DNA from: an uncultured Spirochaetota bacterium
Lineage (GTDB): Bacteria > Spirochaetota > Brevinematia > Brevinematales > JAOACQ01
Assembly (NCBI GenBank): GCA_963835575.1
Contig: CAWIGG010000002.1
Location: 1,664,001-1,728,000, forward strand
DNA: 64,000 bases
Direction of reading: 5' to 3'
This document shows positions 49,187 to 57,702 of the stretch, piece by piece. The notes under the pieces were generated by a model. The model was given only the letters and a program-made list of their open reading frames with translations, was not told where the DNA came from and did not search any database. Position numbers and translations under genes: made by a program. Numbering within the stretch: position 1 is the first letter of the stretch; each line of letters begins with the position of its first letter.

Positions 49187-49972
49187 TTATTTTCCGGTTT
49201 CAAGTATAAATCCTTTCTCTTTGAGAAACCGGATTGTTTCTTTCAAAGCATGCACCGTGGATTCCCTGTCATTCCTGCTCCAGGGCAGTATTCCGTCATG
49301 GAACATTATAATGGAAGGGGACTTTAACTTTCTCTTTATTCTATCAAATATTTTTTCTGCCGGGACTTTGGTATCAAGTGTCCGGATATCCCACATAACC
49401 GGTATCAAGTCCAGGGTTTTTATGACTTTGGCGATAACAGGATTTTTATGACCGATGGTCGGGCAATAGTATTTCGGCTTTATGCCTGTAATATTTTGTA
49501 TAATGGTATTTGTCCTGGCAATTTCTTCCAGAACCCTTTTATAACCGAATAAAAGTATGTTAAAAGGGTGCGAATAGGTATGGTTGGCGATTATATGATT
49601 TTCTCTATGCATTCTTTTAATAATCTCCGGATATTGTTCCGCTCTTTTTCCCATAACGGCAAAGAGAGCATGAATTCCCTCTGATTTAAGAATATCGAGG
49701 ATCTGGGGAGTATAGACAGGGTCCGGCCCGTCATCAAATCTCAATAAAATTCCGGGTTGATCATTAAAATATTCCTTTCCTTTTACTGTGTTAATGAAAA
49801 AGTTGGTTCTTGAAGAAAACATGCCGTAAATATAAAAAGCCTGCTGAAAACAAATGATAAGGATGATCCCAATTAATAAACACATATATGAACTGAATAC
49901 TACAGATAATAGAATTACAATTAATAGTCCGCAAAAGGCCGCTATTATTGTCAGATTAAATTTGGAAATCAA
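49187..49972 (-). CDS. Polysaccharide deacetylase (NodB-like) with N-terminal TM segments
   Basis: FDDGP, NHTYSH, IIMFHDG. Confidence 0.88.
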   Translation of the reverse strand: MISKFNLTIIAAFCGLLIVILLSVVFSSYMCLLIGIILIICFQQAFYIYGMFSSRTNFFINTVKGKEYFNDQPGILLRFDDGPDPVYTPQILDILKSEGIHALFAVMGKRAEQYPEIIKRMHRENHIIANHTYSHPFNILLFGYKRVLEEIARTNTIIQNITGIKPKYYCPTIGHKNPVIAKVIKTLDLIPVMWDIRTLDTKVPAEKIFDRIKRKLKSPSIIMFHDGILPWSRNDRESTVHALKETIRFLKEKGFILETGK

Positions 49973-49984
49973 AATTCCTCCTTC

Positions 49985-50350
49985 TTAATCCTGATCTGGA
50001 TGATCTGATTTCCCAAAATAACCGGGAAACAGCGTTTTTACTAATTTGGCAAAAAAATAAACGGGGTATTTGATACAATCTTTCCCGGCCAGGGCGAGCC
50101 CTATGAAACCAAGAATCCAGCTTGAAACGTAAACAAAAGAACTGCTTATTAAACCGGTTGATATTTGTTTATTGATTCCTGAAAAAATCATTATCAAAAC
50201 CGGGGCCCCATAGCCGATAATAAAGGAAAAAACGAGTATAAAAATCCCGATCCGCATCATAATGGGCAGACTGGAAAAGGGCATTTTATCAAGCTTTTTC
50301 TCAACTTCCAGGTTTACCCACTCTTTAAATTTACTTTGCTGCATAAACAA
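49985..50350 (-). CDS. Small hypothetical membrane protein
   Basis: Two hydrophobic segments; overlaps the methyltransferase stop. Confidence 0.55.
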   Translation of the reverse strand: MFMQQSKFKEWVNLEVEKKLDKMPFSSLPIMMRIGIFILVFSFIIGYGAPVLIMIFSGINKQISTGLISSSFVYVSSWILGFIGLALAGKDCIKYPVYFFAKLVKTLFPGYFGKSDHPDQD

Positions 50351-50966
50351 ATAAAAGAATCCCTTTGTTAAGGAAGTTTTTAAGACACAAATCCGTCAGC
50401 TCTTTTACTGCCAGGCCATTATCTGTAAGAAGCATTTTCATTCTCCTTTTGCTGAAAGCATTCATAAAAATCCCCTGTCTGAAATAATTTCCCAGTCTTC
50501 CCCACCACCGCCAAAAGGTGTCATGAGCCGTTGTTAAAATGAGATGCCCGCCCGGGGCCATAAGGCCGGAAATTTTTGCAAACAGGGCTTTTGCATCCTT
50601 AATATATTCTATGGCGGAAAAGCTGGTTATGATATCAAACTTTTCTTTAAAAGGGATTTCCATAAAATTACCGCAGATCTGTTTAATATTGGATATCCCC
50701 TTCTCTTTTGCTTTTTTAGACATAATGTCAAGCATATTTCCGGAAATATCTACTGCTGTAACCTGTCTTACCAATGGCGCGGCTTCCAGGGTAAACCTGC
50801 CTGTTCCGGCCCCGATCTCCAATAAAGAATGGTTTTTTCCGGCAATCTTTTTAATGGCGTCTAATGCGATTTCCCATTCCGGAACTCTGACAAAGCCGAA
50901 TTCATCCTGCTCCTTATCATAAACAGACGCATTGGTATTGTAAAAATTTTGAACTTTACTTTCCAT
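50331..50966 (-). CDS. Class I SAM-dependent methyltransferase
   Basis: LLEIGAGTG, AVDIS..ML, FDII, LMAPGG; start moved to MESKVQ at 50966. Confidence 0.88.
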   Translation of the reverse strand: MESKVQNFYNTNASVYDKEQDEFGFVRVPEWEIALDAIKKIAGKNHSLLEIGAGTGRFTLEAAPLVRQVTAVDISGNMLDIMSKKAKEKGISNIKQICGNFMEIPFKEKFDIITSFSAIEYIKDAKALFAKISGLMAPGGHLILTTAHDTFWRWWGRLGNYFRQGIFMNAFSKRRMKMLLTDNGLAVKELTDLCLKNFLNKGILLFVYAAK

Positions 50967-51022
50967 AAACCCCAATAACCTTTCTTTGATAAAATAATCT
51001 CTCCGCTGATATACAGAATTCC

Positions 51023-51355
51023 GCGCTGTCCCTCGGCAGGTTTGGTTCCCGTCATTCAACGAGTCCACAGGCTGTACAAAAAGTCGAATTTTTTACTAAA
51101 AGTGAACTTTTTTTTTAAAAAAATTAATTAACCACAAAGCTCACTGAGAACACAGAGATATTATAACTTGTTTTTACCAATAAGATAAAACAATTCACTC
51201 TGTGTTCTCCGTGATCTCCGTGGTAAAAATATTTGATTTTGGATATCTGTTCATAGCTAATTCAATAGTTTTTACACAATCTGTCACCAACCAAGCACAG
51301 TCCCCCGGTTTAAACGAGGGAGAAACACCAACCAAACCGGGTCGAGGAATAGCGC
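51023..51355. repeat. Three-layer nested inverted repeats (MITE-like)
   Basis: Outer GCGCTGTCCCTCGGCAGGTTTGGTT / AACCAAACCGGGTCGAGGAATAGCGC; middle CAGGCTGTACAAAAAGT (51068) / AGTTTTTACACAATCTG (51283); inner GAGAACACAGAG / CTCTGTGTTCTC. Confidence 0.7.
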
Positions 51356-51432
51356 ATCGCTTTGCCATGAATTCACTTTTCAATTTTTTAGAATTCAATA
51401 ATTATACTATCATGACAGTAATAATGCAAAAA

Positions 51433-52341
51433 TCAATATCCAAGCCTAATACCAGTATTGATATACATTCCCGATGAAAGGAAATCCTTACCCGCTTCCA
51501 CATTTAACTTGAACCAGCCTATCGCGATTTCCATCCCTGCGGAAAATACAAGCCCCTGGACTATTGAATTATCAGGGAGGAAGTTATCGGCGTTCTGAAT
51601 GAGCGAACTGCTGCCGGCGAATCCGGTCTGTGCCTGACCGAAAAGGCAATAATAATCCAGCCTTCCATAGAAATTAAACATGAAAAGCTGATTGTCCGCG
51701 AAGATCTCCAGGTTTAATCCGTTGTAATTCCAGCCCGAATTGAAATTCCCGGTATATGAAGCGTTCGTCCCTTCGATGACCGCCGATTGATTCATTTGCC
51801 TGCTCAGGGACCCGGATGTATAGCTGTACCCGGTCCCGGCATAAAGTCCGGTCATAAAAAGCGCGTCTTTAAGAAGATGGTAATAGAGGCTGGCGCCGAT
51901 CTTGAAATTATTCACGCTCGCGTTTTTAAAATTCAAGGCCGGAAGGAAGGAGACATCAATAGTTCCCAGAAGATCGGCCGGAAATGCCGCCGCGAGGGAA
52001 AGATTGACAGCCGGCATGTCTTCTCCGCTTCCGTAAATATTCTCCAGCGGTCCGAAGAGAGGGTACTGAGAATTGTCGATATTATAAAAAAACAGAGGGG
52101 CAACAGCATCGCCGAAAGACAGGTCCGCGGAAAAGGTTATCTGCCCCGGCACCCCTAAAACAGGTTCCGCTTTCTTCATATTGAGGTAACAGCAGATTGT
52201 ATCCCGTATCAGCCGGTTCTGAAAAGACATAAGCGCGGACTGTTCCCCGGCCAGGTCTGTACTGTCATAAGCCGTAACGATGGAAATTGAAAGCGTTCCG
52301 ATTATCGACAACATAAACCCGGTTTTAATAAATGCATTCAT
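51433..52341 (-). CDS. Exported protein, probable outer-membrane beta-barrel
   Basis: Signal peptide; Gly/aromatic-rich strands; ends TGIRLGY. Confidence 0.55.
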   Translation of the reverse strand: MNAFIKTGFMLSIIGTLSISIVTAYDSTDLAGEQSALMSFQNRLIRDTICCYLNMKKAEPVLGVPGQITFSADLSFGDAVAPLFFYNIDNSQYPLFGPLENIYGSGEDMPAVNLSLAAAFPADLLGTIDVSFLPALNFKNASVNNFKIGASLYYHLLKDALFMTGLYAGTGYSYTSGSLSRQMNQSAVIEGTNASYTGNFNSGWNYNGLNLEIFADNQLFMFNFYGRLDYYCLFGQAQTGFAGSSSLIQNADNFLPDNSIVQGLVFSAGMEIAIGWFKLNVEAGKDFLSSGMYINTGIRLGY

Positions 52342-52374
52342 ATTCGTCCTCCGGACGGTCTGTGAATATTATCA

Positions 52375-52665
52375 TCAGAATATCCTGATTATATAAGTGT
52401 TTAATAGAGATCCTAAATAGATCAAATAAGATAAACAGGTGATAATGAGTAAAATAATACTGCCTGTTTTCCTGTTCTTTATAGTTCCGGCTATGCTCCA
52501 GACAACGCATAATAGACCGAGAGAGATTTCAAAAACGAAAAACGCAACAGACAAAACCGAGCGCAAGCGGGATGAAAAATTTATGTAAAACAGTGTAATA
52601 TATACGGGCCATATAAGCAGCGCGAAGAATATAAAAAAAACAAAGACCTTGATAACCTTTTTCAT
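52375..52665 (-). CDS. Small hypothetical membrane protein
   Basis: Three hydrophobic segments; AGGAGG RBS. Confidence 0.55.
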   Translation of the reverse strand: MKKVIKVFVFFIFFALLIWPVYITLFYINFSSRLRSVLSVAFFVFEISLGLLCVVWSIAGTIKNRKTGSIILLIITCLSYLIYLGSLLNTYIIRIF

Positions 52666-52739
52666 AATGAAATCCCTCCTATAATAAAATCAATCGTTAT
52701 TAGTGTTCCTGCCGTGACATTTTCACCGGCTTTTTAATA

Positions 52740-53897
52740 CTAATATCCCTGCCTCCATATATTGGCCGGCGGAGAACCGACGGCGCCTATATTAAAACTC
52801 AAAACAAAGTTAAAGTTCCTGCTGTTCGCCAGGGCGATATCGAACCTGATCACTGTCAATAGCGACCCGTTGAACCTTACCGCGAGCATGGGTGTAATGT
52901 AAACGGAGTTGATGAAATTTCCCGAACCCGGCAGGGAACCGTTATTGAAATACCCGGCGTACGCGGCGTTATACCCGATGAGGAAGCCGGGGGAAAATTT
53001 GAAATTATAGCTGGTGAAATACCAGAAAGCCGGCGAGTCCCAGTACAGACCGCCGGGAAAAAGAAACCGCAGTTCAAGGCTGCCGTTGACAAAATAATCC
53101 CCGGGCATATTGTAGGACCCTATTACGCTTGTCGCGGGAGAGAAGGCCCAGTACGGATTATGCTGCAGAAGCGATTGTCCCGATAAATCCATCGCTATGA
53201 CAAAAATCCTGAATGGGTGCAGCAAAAGCTGGCCGCGGGCGAAGACCGAATTAACGAGGCCGTGGTAATCCCCTCCCGCATCATTGACAATACTGCAGCT
53301 GTCGCCGAGCGACAGCAGAAATCCCTCTTCAGGATAGATAAACACTTCCCCCAGCGTCCATTGCTGAAGGGAAGAATATCTTCTGTCATAGATGAAACTC
53401 AGGTTGATGTTAAACTTATTGTAATTATAGTAGCTGTAAAACGGATCCTGATAGATCAGCCTGTTCATTGAATAGTTGATATCCGCGTTGACCTGGCAGA
53501 AATAGAGAAAAGAGTAATTACCGTAGACATCCAATAAATCCTGGCTTTGCCATGCGTAATCAGGGTTGTTTACCATACCGGTCCCGTTGGACAGGACCGT
53601 ATTGTTCTGGATGAAGTGCTGATAACCGTAACCGAAATTCAGGTTTGGTCCGGTGACAGATATATTCTGAATGATCCCGGCAAAACCGAAATTATTGAAA
53701 AACTGATACGGTGAAGAAGAACTGAACAATGGCAGATAATACCCGTAAATTGAACTGACCGGGGTCCTCGGCAGGTCCAGCGGGAGGTTTTCCTCTTCCC
53801 CGGCGTAAGATAATACGGATACCAAAATCAGCACAGAGGAATACAGGATATTTTTGAGCTTTCCAAGCAAATTGATACTCTGAAAGTAAACAATCAT
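52740..53897 (-). CDS. Hypothetical outer-membrane beta-barrel-like protein
   Basis: Signal-like N-terminus; Tyr/Phe/Asn-rich alternating strands. Confidence 0.55.
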   Translation of the reverse strand: MIVYFQSINLLGKLKNILYSSVLILVSVLSYAGEEENLPLDLPRTPVSSIYGYYLPLFSSSSPYQFFNNFGFAGIIQNISVTGPNLNFGYGYQHFIQNNTVLSNGTGMVNNPDYAWQSQDLLDVYGNYSFLYFCQVNADINYSMNRLIYQDPFYSYYNYNKFNINLSFIYDRRYSSLQQWTLGEVFIYPEEGFLLSLGDSCSIVNDAGGDYHGLVNSVFARGQLLLHPFRIFVIAMDLSGQSLLQHNPYWAFSPATSVIGSYNMPGDYFVNGSLELRFLFPGGLYWDSPAFWYFTSYNFKFSPGFLIGYNAAYAGYFNNGSLPGSGNFINSVYITPMLAVRFNGSLLTVIRFDIALANSRNFNFVLSFNIGAVGSPPANIWRQGY

Positions 53898-53930
53898 AAT
53901 CCTCCCTCTCTTTTAATTTCCGGCCGGATT

Positions 53931-54785
53931 TTACTTCCAGATATCGCTTTTTTCCAATAACCAGGTCTGGTCTCCTATGTCCAGGTGAAACTTGATCCAC
54001 CTTCTCCTCGGCCCTTCCTCATACCATAATTGTATGGCTTCTGTAAATTGTTTCAGAAGGCCGGCTAAAACGGGGTCCTGAATATATGGCACGACTTCGG
54101 TAGTTTTTATCTTCCCGAACGGTGTATCGATTATGACGCCTTTTTTAATAATTTTAAAATTAGCCAGGAACGGTTCTTTCACATATTCCTGCCACACATT
54201 TATCAAGCCCGGCTTATTCCAATCATAGATCCTGGCCCCGATCAGAAAAAAAGGCATATAATGCCAGAATGGGTAATTCGGATCGACATCCTTAAACTCA
54301 AATTTTTTCTCCCTGATATCATCGCCGTCCCAGAACTTCATAATCGAGTACATCGTGCGGTTGGTAAACCGGCAGTCCTCAAAAAACGCCCCTTTGTTCT
54401 TGTTTCTCCTGACAAAATAGTCGGTATCATCGTAATAATATCTCAGCATCTGCCCTGAGCTTAAATCGATTGTGAAAATATAATCATAATTCGTATAATG
54501 ACCCGGCAGGGGCAGGTCCTTATTATTATAGACCCACAAAAAACTATAAATTTTAATAATATTTTTTGAGAGATATGTTGTTACCGCATGAATCTCTCCT
54601 GTTTTCAGCTTTCCTGTATATTGTCCGACAGTAAGATGTTCATATTCGGGAATTTCCACGTTTGTCAGAATGCTCATAGGAGGCAGAGCCAGATTTTCCG
54701 CGGATAAACCGGCCGGCAGCAAAACTCCCAAAAAAAACAAAAATATTACCATGCCTTTCAGTCTCAAAATCATTATTTCCTCCAT
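53931..54785 (-). CDS. Hypothetical exported protein
   Basis: Signal peptide (...AGLSA); 284 aa; co-oriented with neighbours. Confidence 0.55.
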   Translation of the reverse strand: MEEIMILRLKGMVIFLFFLGVLLPAGLSAENLALPPMSILTNVEIPEYEHLTVGQYTGKLKTGEIHAVTTYLSKNIIKIYSFLWVYNNKDLPLPGHYTNYDYIFTIDLSSGQMLRYYYDDTDYFVRRNKNKGAFFEDCRFTNRTMYSIMKFWDGDDIREKKFEFKDVDPNYPFWHYMPFFLIGARIYDWNKPGLINVWQEYVKEPFLANFKIIKKGVIIDTPFGKIKTTEVVPYIQDPVLAGLLKQFTEAIQLWYEEGPRRRWIKFHLDIGDQTWLLEKSDIWK

Positions 54786-54928
54786 AGGATTATTTAACTA
54801 TTGAATCTATGACATTTTAAAAAATTTGTACGAAATGTGCAAACATTATTCAGTTGATAACTGGCGCAAAGCCGCCTTAGTAAGAGAAAGAAGCATTAGA
54901 ACTTCATTAAAGTGTGAGCCTTTTTTTT

Positions 54929-54961
54929 AAAAAAAAAGGGGGAAGCCGAAAAACTTCCTCC
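54929..54961 (-). terminator. Rho-independent terminator after 55001..55693
   Basis: Minus strand GGAGGAAG-loop-CTTCCCCC followed by a T9 run. Confidence 0.65.
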
Positions 54962-55000
54962 TTTTCTGTATTCTTCATTATTTTAGACCATAAATTGGTA

Positions 55001-55693
55001 TTATTTTTTAAATATGGATTTCATAAGTATTGAAAACTGTGAACCGACAATTTCTTCCATATTCGATTCCAGAAGATCATAAGATTTTCCGCCAAAGGCG
55101 CCGCCGGCGGCTCTATCTTCTCCGATAGCTTTAAGTAAAACTTTTCCGGTAACACCGTCAACCAGGTCGAATTCAAGTTTTATTTTGGTGGAACCTGCTC
55201 CAAAACCAATCCAAAGCCTTAGAGATTCTGAACCGGGATCAACTATAACAGCTTTAGTTTTCAAAATCAGAACATTCACACCGGAGGGTGTTGTATCAGC
55301 TTTTTCCATGGGAATTATCAGAGAGGGCGCAAAAGAGCTGAGACTTTTCCAGTAAAAAGTATCGATACTATTCATAAACTTATTGATAATTATTTTATTA
55401 TCTTCATCATCTTTCTTCGCGGCTTCCTTTGTCTTGACATCGACGTCTTTATCATAAAAAACTGTATCCTTCTGGTCAATAGGCAAAACAATTATTTTAA
55501 TGTAATTTGAAACATCGATTGAACTGTTGAATGCGACAGATTCAAGAATATAATTGCTTGTACTCACCCAGGGATTTGATACCGACGGATAGCTTGCAGG
55601 CAAAGAATATACTTCCGGCCGTGAAGACCTGCACCCGGAAGCTATTAAAACCGTTAGAGACAGAATGGCAATAAAAAAAATGAGTCTTTTCAT
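55001..55693 (-). CDS. DUF4410-like lipoprotein
   Basis: IASGC lipobox; DPGS..LRLWIGFGAG motif. Confidence 0.7.
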   Translation of the reverse strand: MKRLIFFIAILSLTVLIASGCRSSRPEVYSLPASYPSVSNPWVSTSNYILESVAFNSSIDVSNYIKIIVLPIDQKDTVFYDKDVDVKTKEAAKKDDEDNKIIINKFMNSIDTFYWKSLSSFAPSLIIPMEKADTTPSGVNVLILKTKAVIVDPGSESLRLWIGFGAGSTKIKLEFDLVDGVTGKVLLKAIGEDRAAGGAFGGKSYDLLESNMEEIVGSQFSILMKSIFKK

Positions 55694-55920
55694 TTTCCCT
55701 CCTTATTATATTTTTACTAATGCAAAAAATCATAATTGAAATTAAGTAAAAATGCAAGAAAATAAATTAACTAATGTCAAAAAATAAACAAATTGTGTAT
55801 GTTCGATTGGACGGGTTAACACAGTTCATCTATTAAAGCTTGAGCCGCATCATAACCATATTAACACTTGGACAACCTTACAATCGCTTTGGCAATACTT
55901 CTGTATTATTGAGATGACCA

Positions 55921-57402
55921 TCAACTGGAATGGCCTTGCTTCGCGGGATCGAACTGATTTTTGGCGGCCAGAAAATCGGGCAGGTTTTTCAGCATATGCC
56001 AGAGTGAATGCCGGTGCTGCCAGATGCGCTTCCTGAACCTGCGGAGCCAGTCCCTGCTGGTATAAAAGCGCTTGACATGCTCGTTGTAAAGATGGTCGAG
56101 GCGTTCCTTTGATCCGATGCTTTTGGGAACAAAAACAAAATTGAGGCAGTTCATCTGTTTCCAGTCATCCTCGAACGAGCCTTCTTCCCGGATGGTTTTC
56201 CACAACGGCGCGCCGGGAAAGGGTGTGAATTTGGCCATGTTCATATCGTCAAGACCGAGCGACATGACAAAGTCGCTGGTCCGGCGGATTGAATCCTCGG
56301 TTTCCCCGGGAAGGCCCATCATGAAGAGGCCTTTTGCGCGGAGGCCGGCGGCCTGTATGCGGGCCACCGTGTCCCTGACCGCTTCCAGGGTAACGCCTGC
56401 CTTATGCTTTCTCAGCATGCCCGGGTCCGCGGACTCAATGCCCAGCGATACCATCAGGCATCCGGCGTCTTTGAGCATCTTGAGAAGCCTGTCCGGGGCA
56501 AAGCCGACGCGAACCGCGCAGTTAAACTGCATGTCGATGGGTTCCTTAATAAGCCTGCCGCAAAGCTCAACAATGCGCTTCTCGTCGGTGGTAAATAGAT
56601 CATCGTAAATATTGACATGGCGGATGCCGAACTTCCCGTTGAGATATTTTAAATGACTGTATATATACCCGGCGGAATTATAACGGAACCCTTTTTTGAA
56701 AACCGAACGGTCGCAGTACGAGCATTGGAACAGGCATCCGCGGCTGGTAACCATGGATGTGCATGGAAATTTCGCATAGCTGAAGAGCGGCAGGTTATAG
56801 CCCCTGGGAAATCCCTTCAATTTTTCGTAGGCGGGGAAGGGCAGAATATCCAGGTCTTCTATCATTTTACGCGGGCTGTTTTCAACAACATCCCTTCCGC
56901 TGCGCCAGACGATGCCTTTCACATCAGCGGGATTCCCGCCAAGCGCCAGCTCAGCCAGTGTCATTTCTCCTTCGCCCATGACAAGGAAATCGAAAGCGGG
57001 GTAATCCTTCAAAAGGGCCGCGCCAAGCGCCGAGCAATGAACACCGCCGCACACCGTGATGACGCCCGGACTGGCCAGTTTAAGCGCGGCCGCCATGTCC
57101 GCAGCGTCGGGAAAGGAAGAGGTTGTGGCTGAAAATCCGATTATATCGGCATTGAGCTTGAGTATTTCTTTGATGTTAACCCGGAAATCGGATGACGCAT
57201 GGGGACCAAGGCAGTCATGGATGAAAACCTCGCTGCCTTCCTTTTCCAGCCATGCCGCGATTGAGAGGATCCCATGGGGTATCATACGGTTTGCCGCCGT
57301 GATTACATCCCTGCTGCCCTTGATCCAGTTTGAACCGCGGGGGTGGACGAGGACAATGCGCCGCTTCCTTCCTGCCGCCTGAATTTTATTCATATATTCC
57401 AT
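55921..57402 (-). CDS. B12-binding radical SAM protein (island copy 3)
   Basis: PHGILSIAA, GGVH, GEGE, TSRGCLFQCSYC, YDDLFT, GLPGET, TPFPG. Confidence 0.9.
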   Translation of the reverse strand: MEYMNKIQAAGRKRRIVLVHPRGSNWIKGSRDVITAANRMIPHGILSIAAWLEKEGSEVFIHDCLGPHASSDFRVNIKEILKLNADIIGFSATTSSFPDAADMAAALKLASPGVITVCGGVHCSALGAALLKDYPAFDFLVMGEGEMTLAELALGGNPADVKGIVWRSGRDVVENSPRKMIEDLDILPFPAYEKLKGFPRGYNLPLFSYAKFPCTSMVTSRGCLFQCSYCDRSVFKKGFRYNSAGYIYSHLKYLNGKFGIRHVNIYDDLFTTDEKRIVELCGRLIKEPIDMQFNCAVRVGFAPDRLLKMLKDAGCLMVSLGIESADPGMLRKHKAGVTLEAVRDTVARIQAAGLRAKGLFMMGLPGETEDSIRRTSDFVMSLGLDDMNMAKFTPFPGAPLWKTIREEGSFEDDWKQMNCLNFVFVPKSIGSKERLDHLYNEHVKRFYTSRDWLRRFRKRIWQHRHSLWHMLKNLPDFLAAKNQFDPAKQGHSS

Positions 57403-57528
57403 CCTTCTTGATCAGGGCCTGTTAAATAACACGCAACATATTGAAATGTAATGGAATATTTTAGTTTTTGCCTTAAAATAATGCAAGGAAAATTTATAAA
57501 ACTATAATTACCCTCTCCTCTCAGTCTG

Positions 57529-57557
57529 TTGACATCATTTAACTCAGATGATAGAAT
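57529..57557 (+). promoter_or_regulatory. Near-consensus sigma70 promoter just inside the island's right end
   Basis: TTGACA-17 nt-TAGAAT with extended -10 TG (TGATAGAAT). Confidence 0.7.
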
Positions 57558-57670
57558 AGTAGTGAGGATGGAATTTACCCGGTTTATTTATTGTGATTGA
57601 TCTTCGCTATGAAGTGCCCGTTTTATAATTTTTATTTAAGACAGATTTATACAAAAATGTTGAAAATGGA

Positions 57671-57689
57671 GATTCCCTCTCTCTCCGAT
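57671..57689 (+). repeat. attR-like copy of the tRNA-Ser 3' end
   Basis: 18/19 match to 13177-13195; 16 bp perfect (TCCCTCTCTCTCCGAT). Confidence 0.75.
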
Positions 57690-57702
57690 TAGGTCTTTAA
57701 AA

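Larger units (their letters stand above)
13177..57689. mobile_element. Putative ~44.5-kb genomic island integrated at the tRNA-Ser(CGA) 3' end; no integrase seen
   Basis: GAATCCCTCTCTCTCCGAT (13177-13195) repeated as GATTCCCTCTCTCTCCGAT (57671-57689); accessory genes inside, housekeeping genes outside. Confidence 0.72.

Noticed and set aside
51195..51477. Short ORFs including the ...TTEITENTE peptide
   Set aside because: Translations of the nested repeat region; no RBS or domain support
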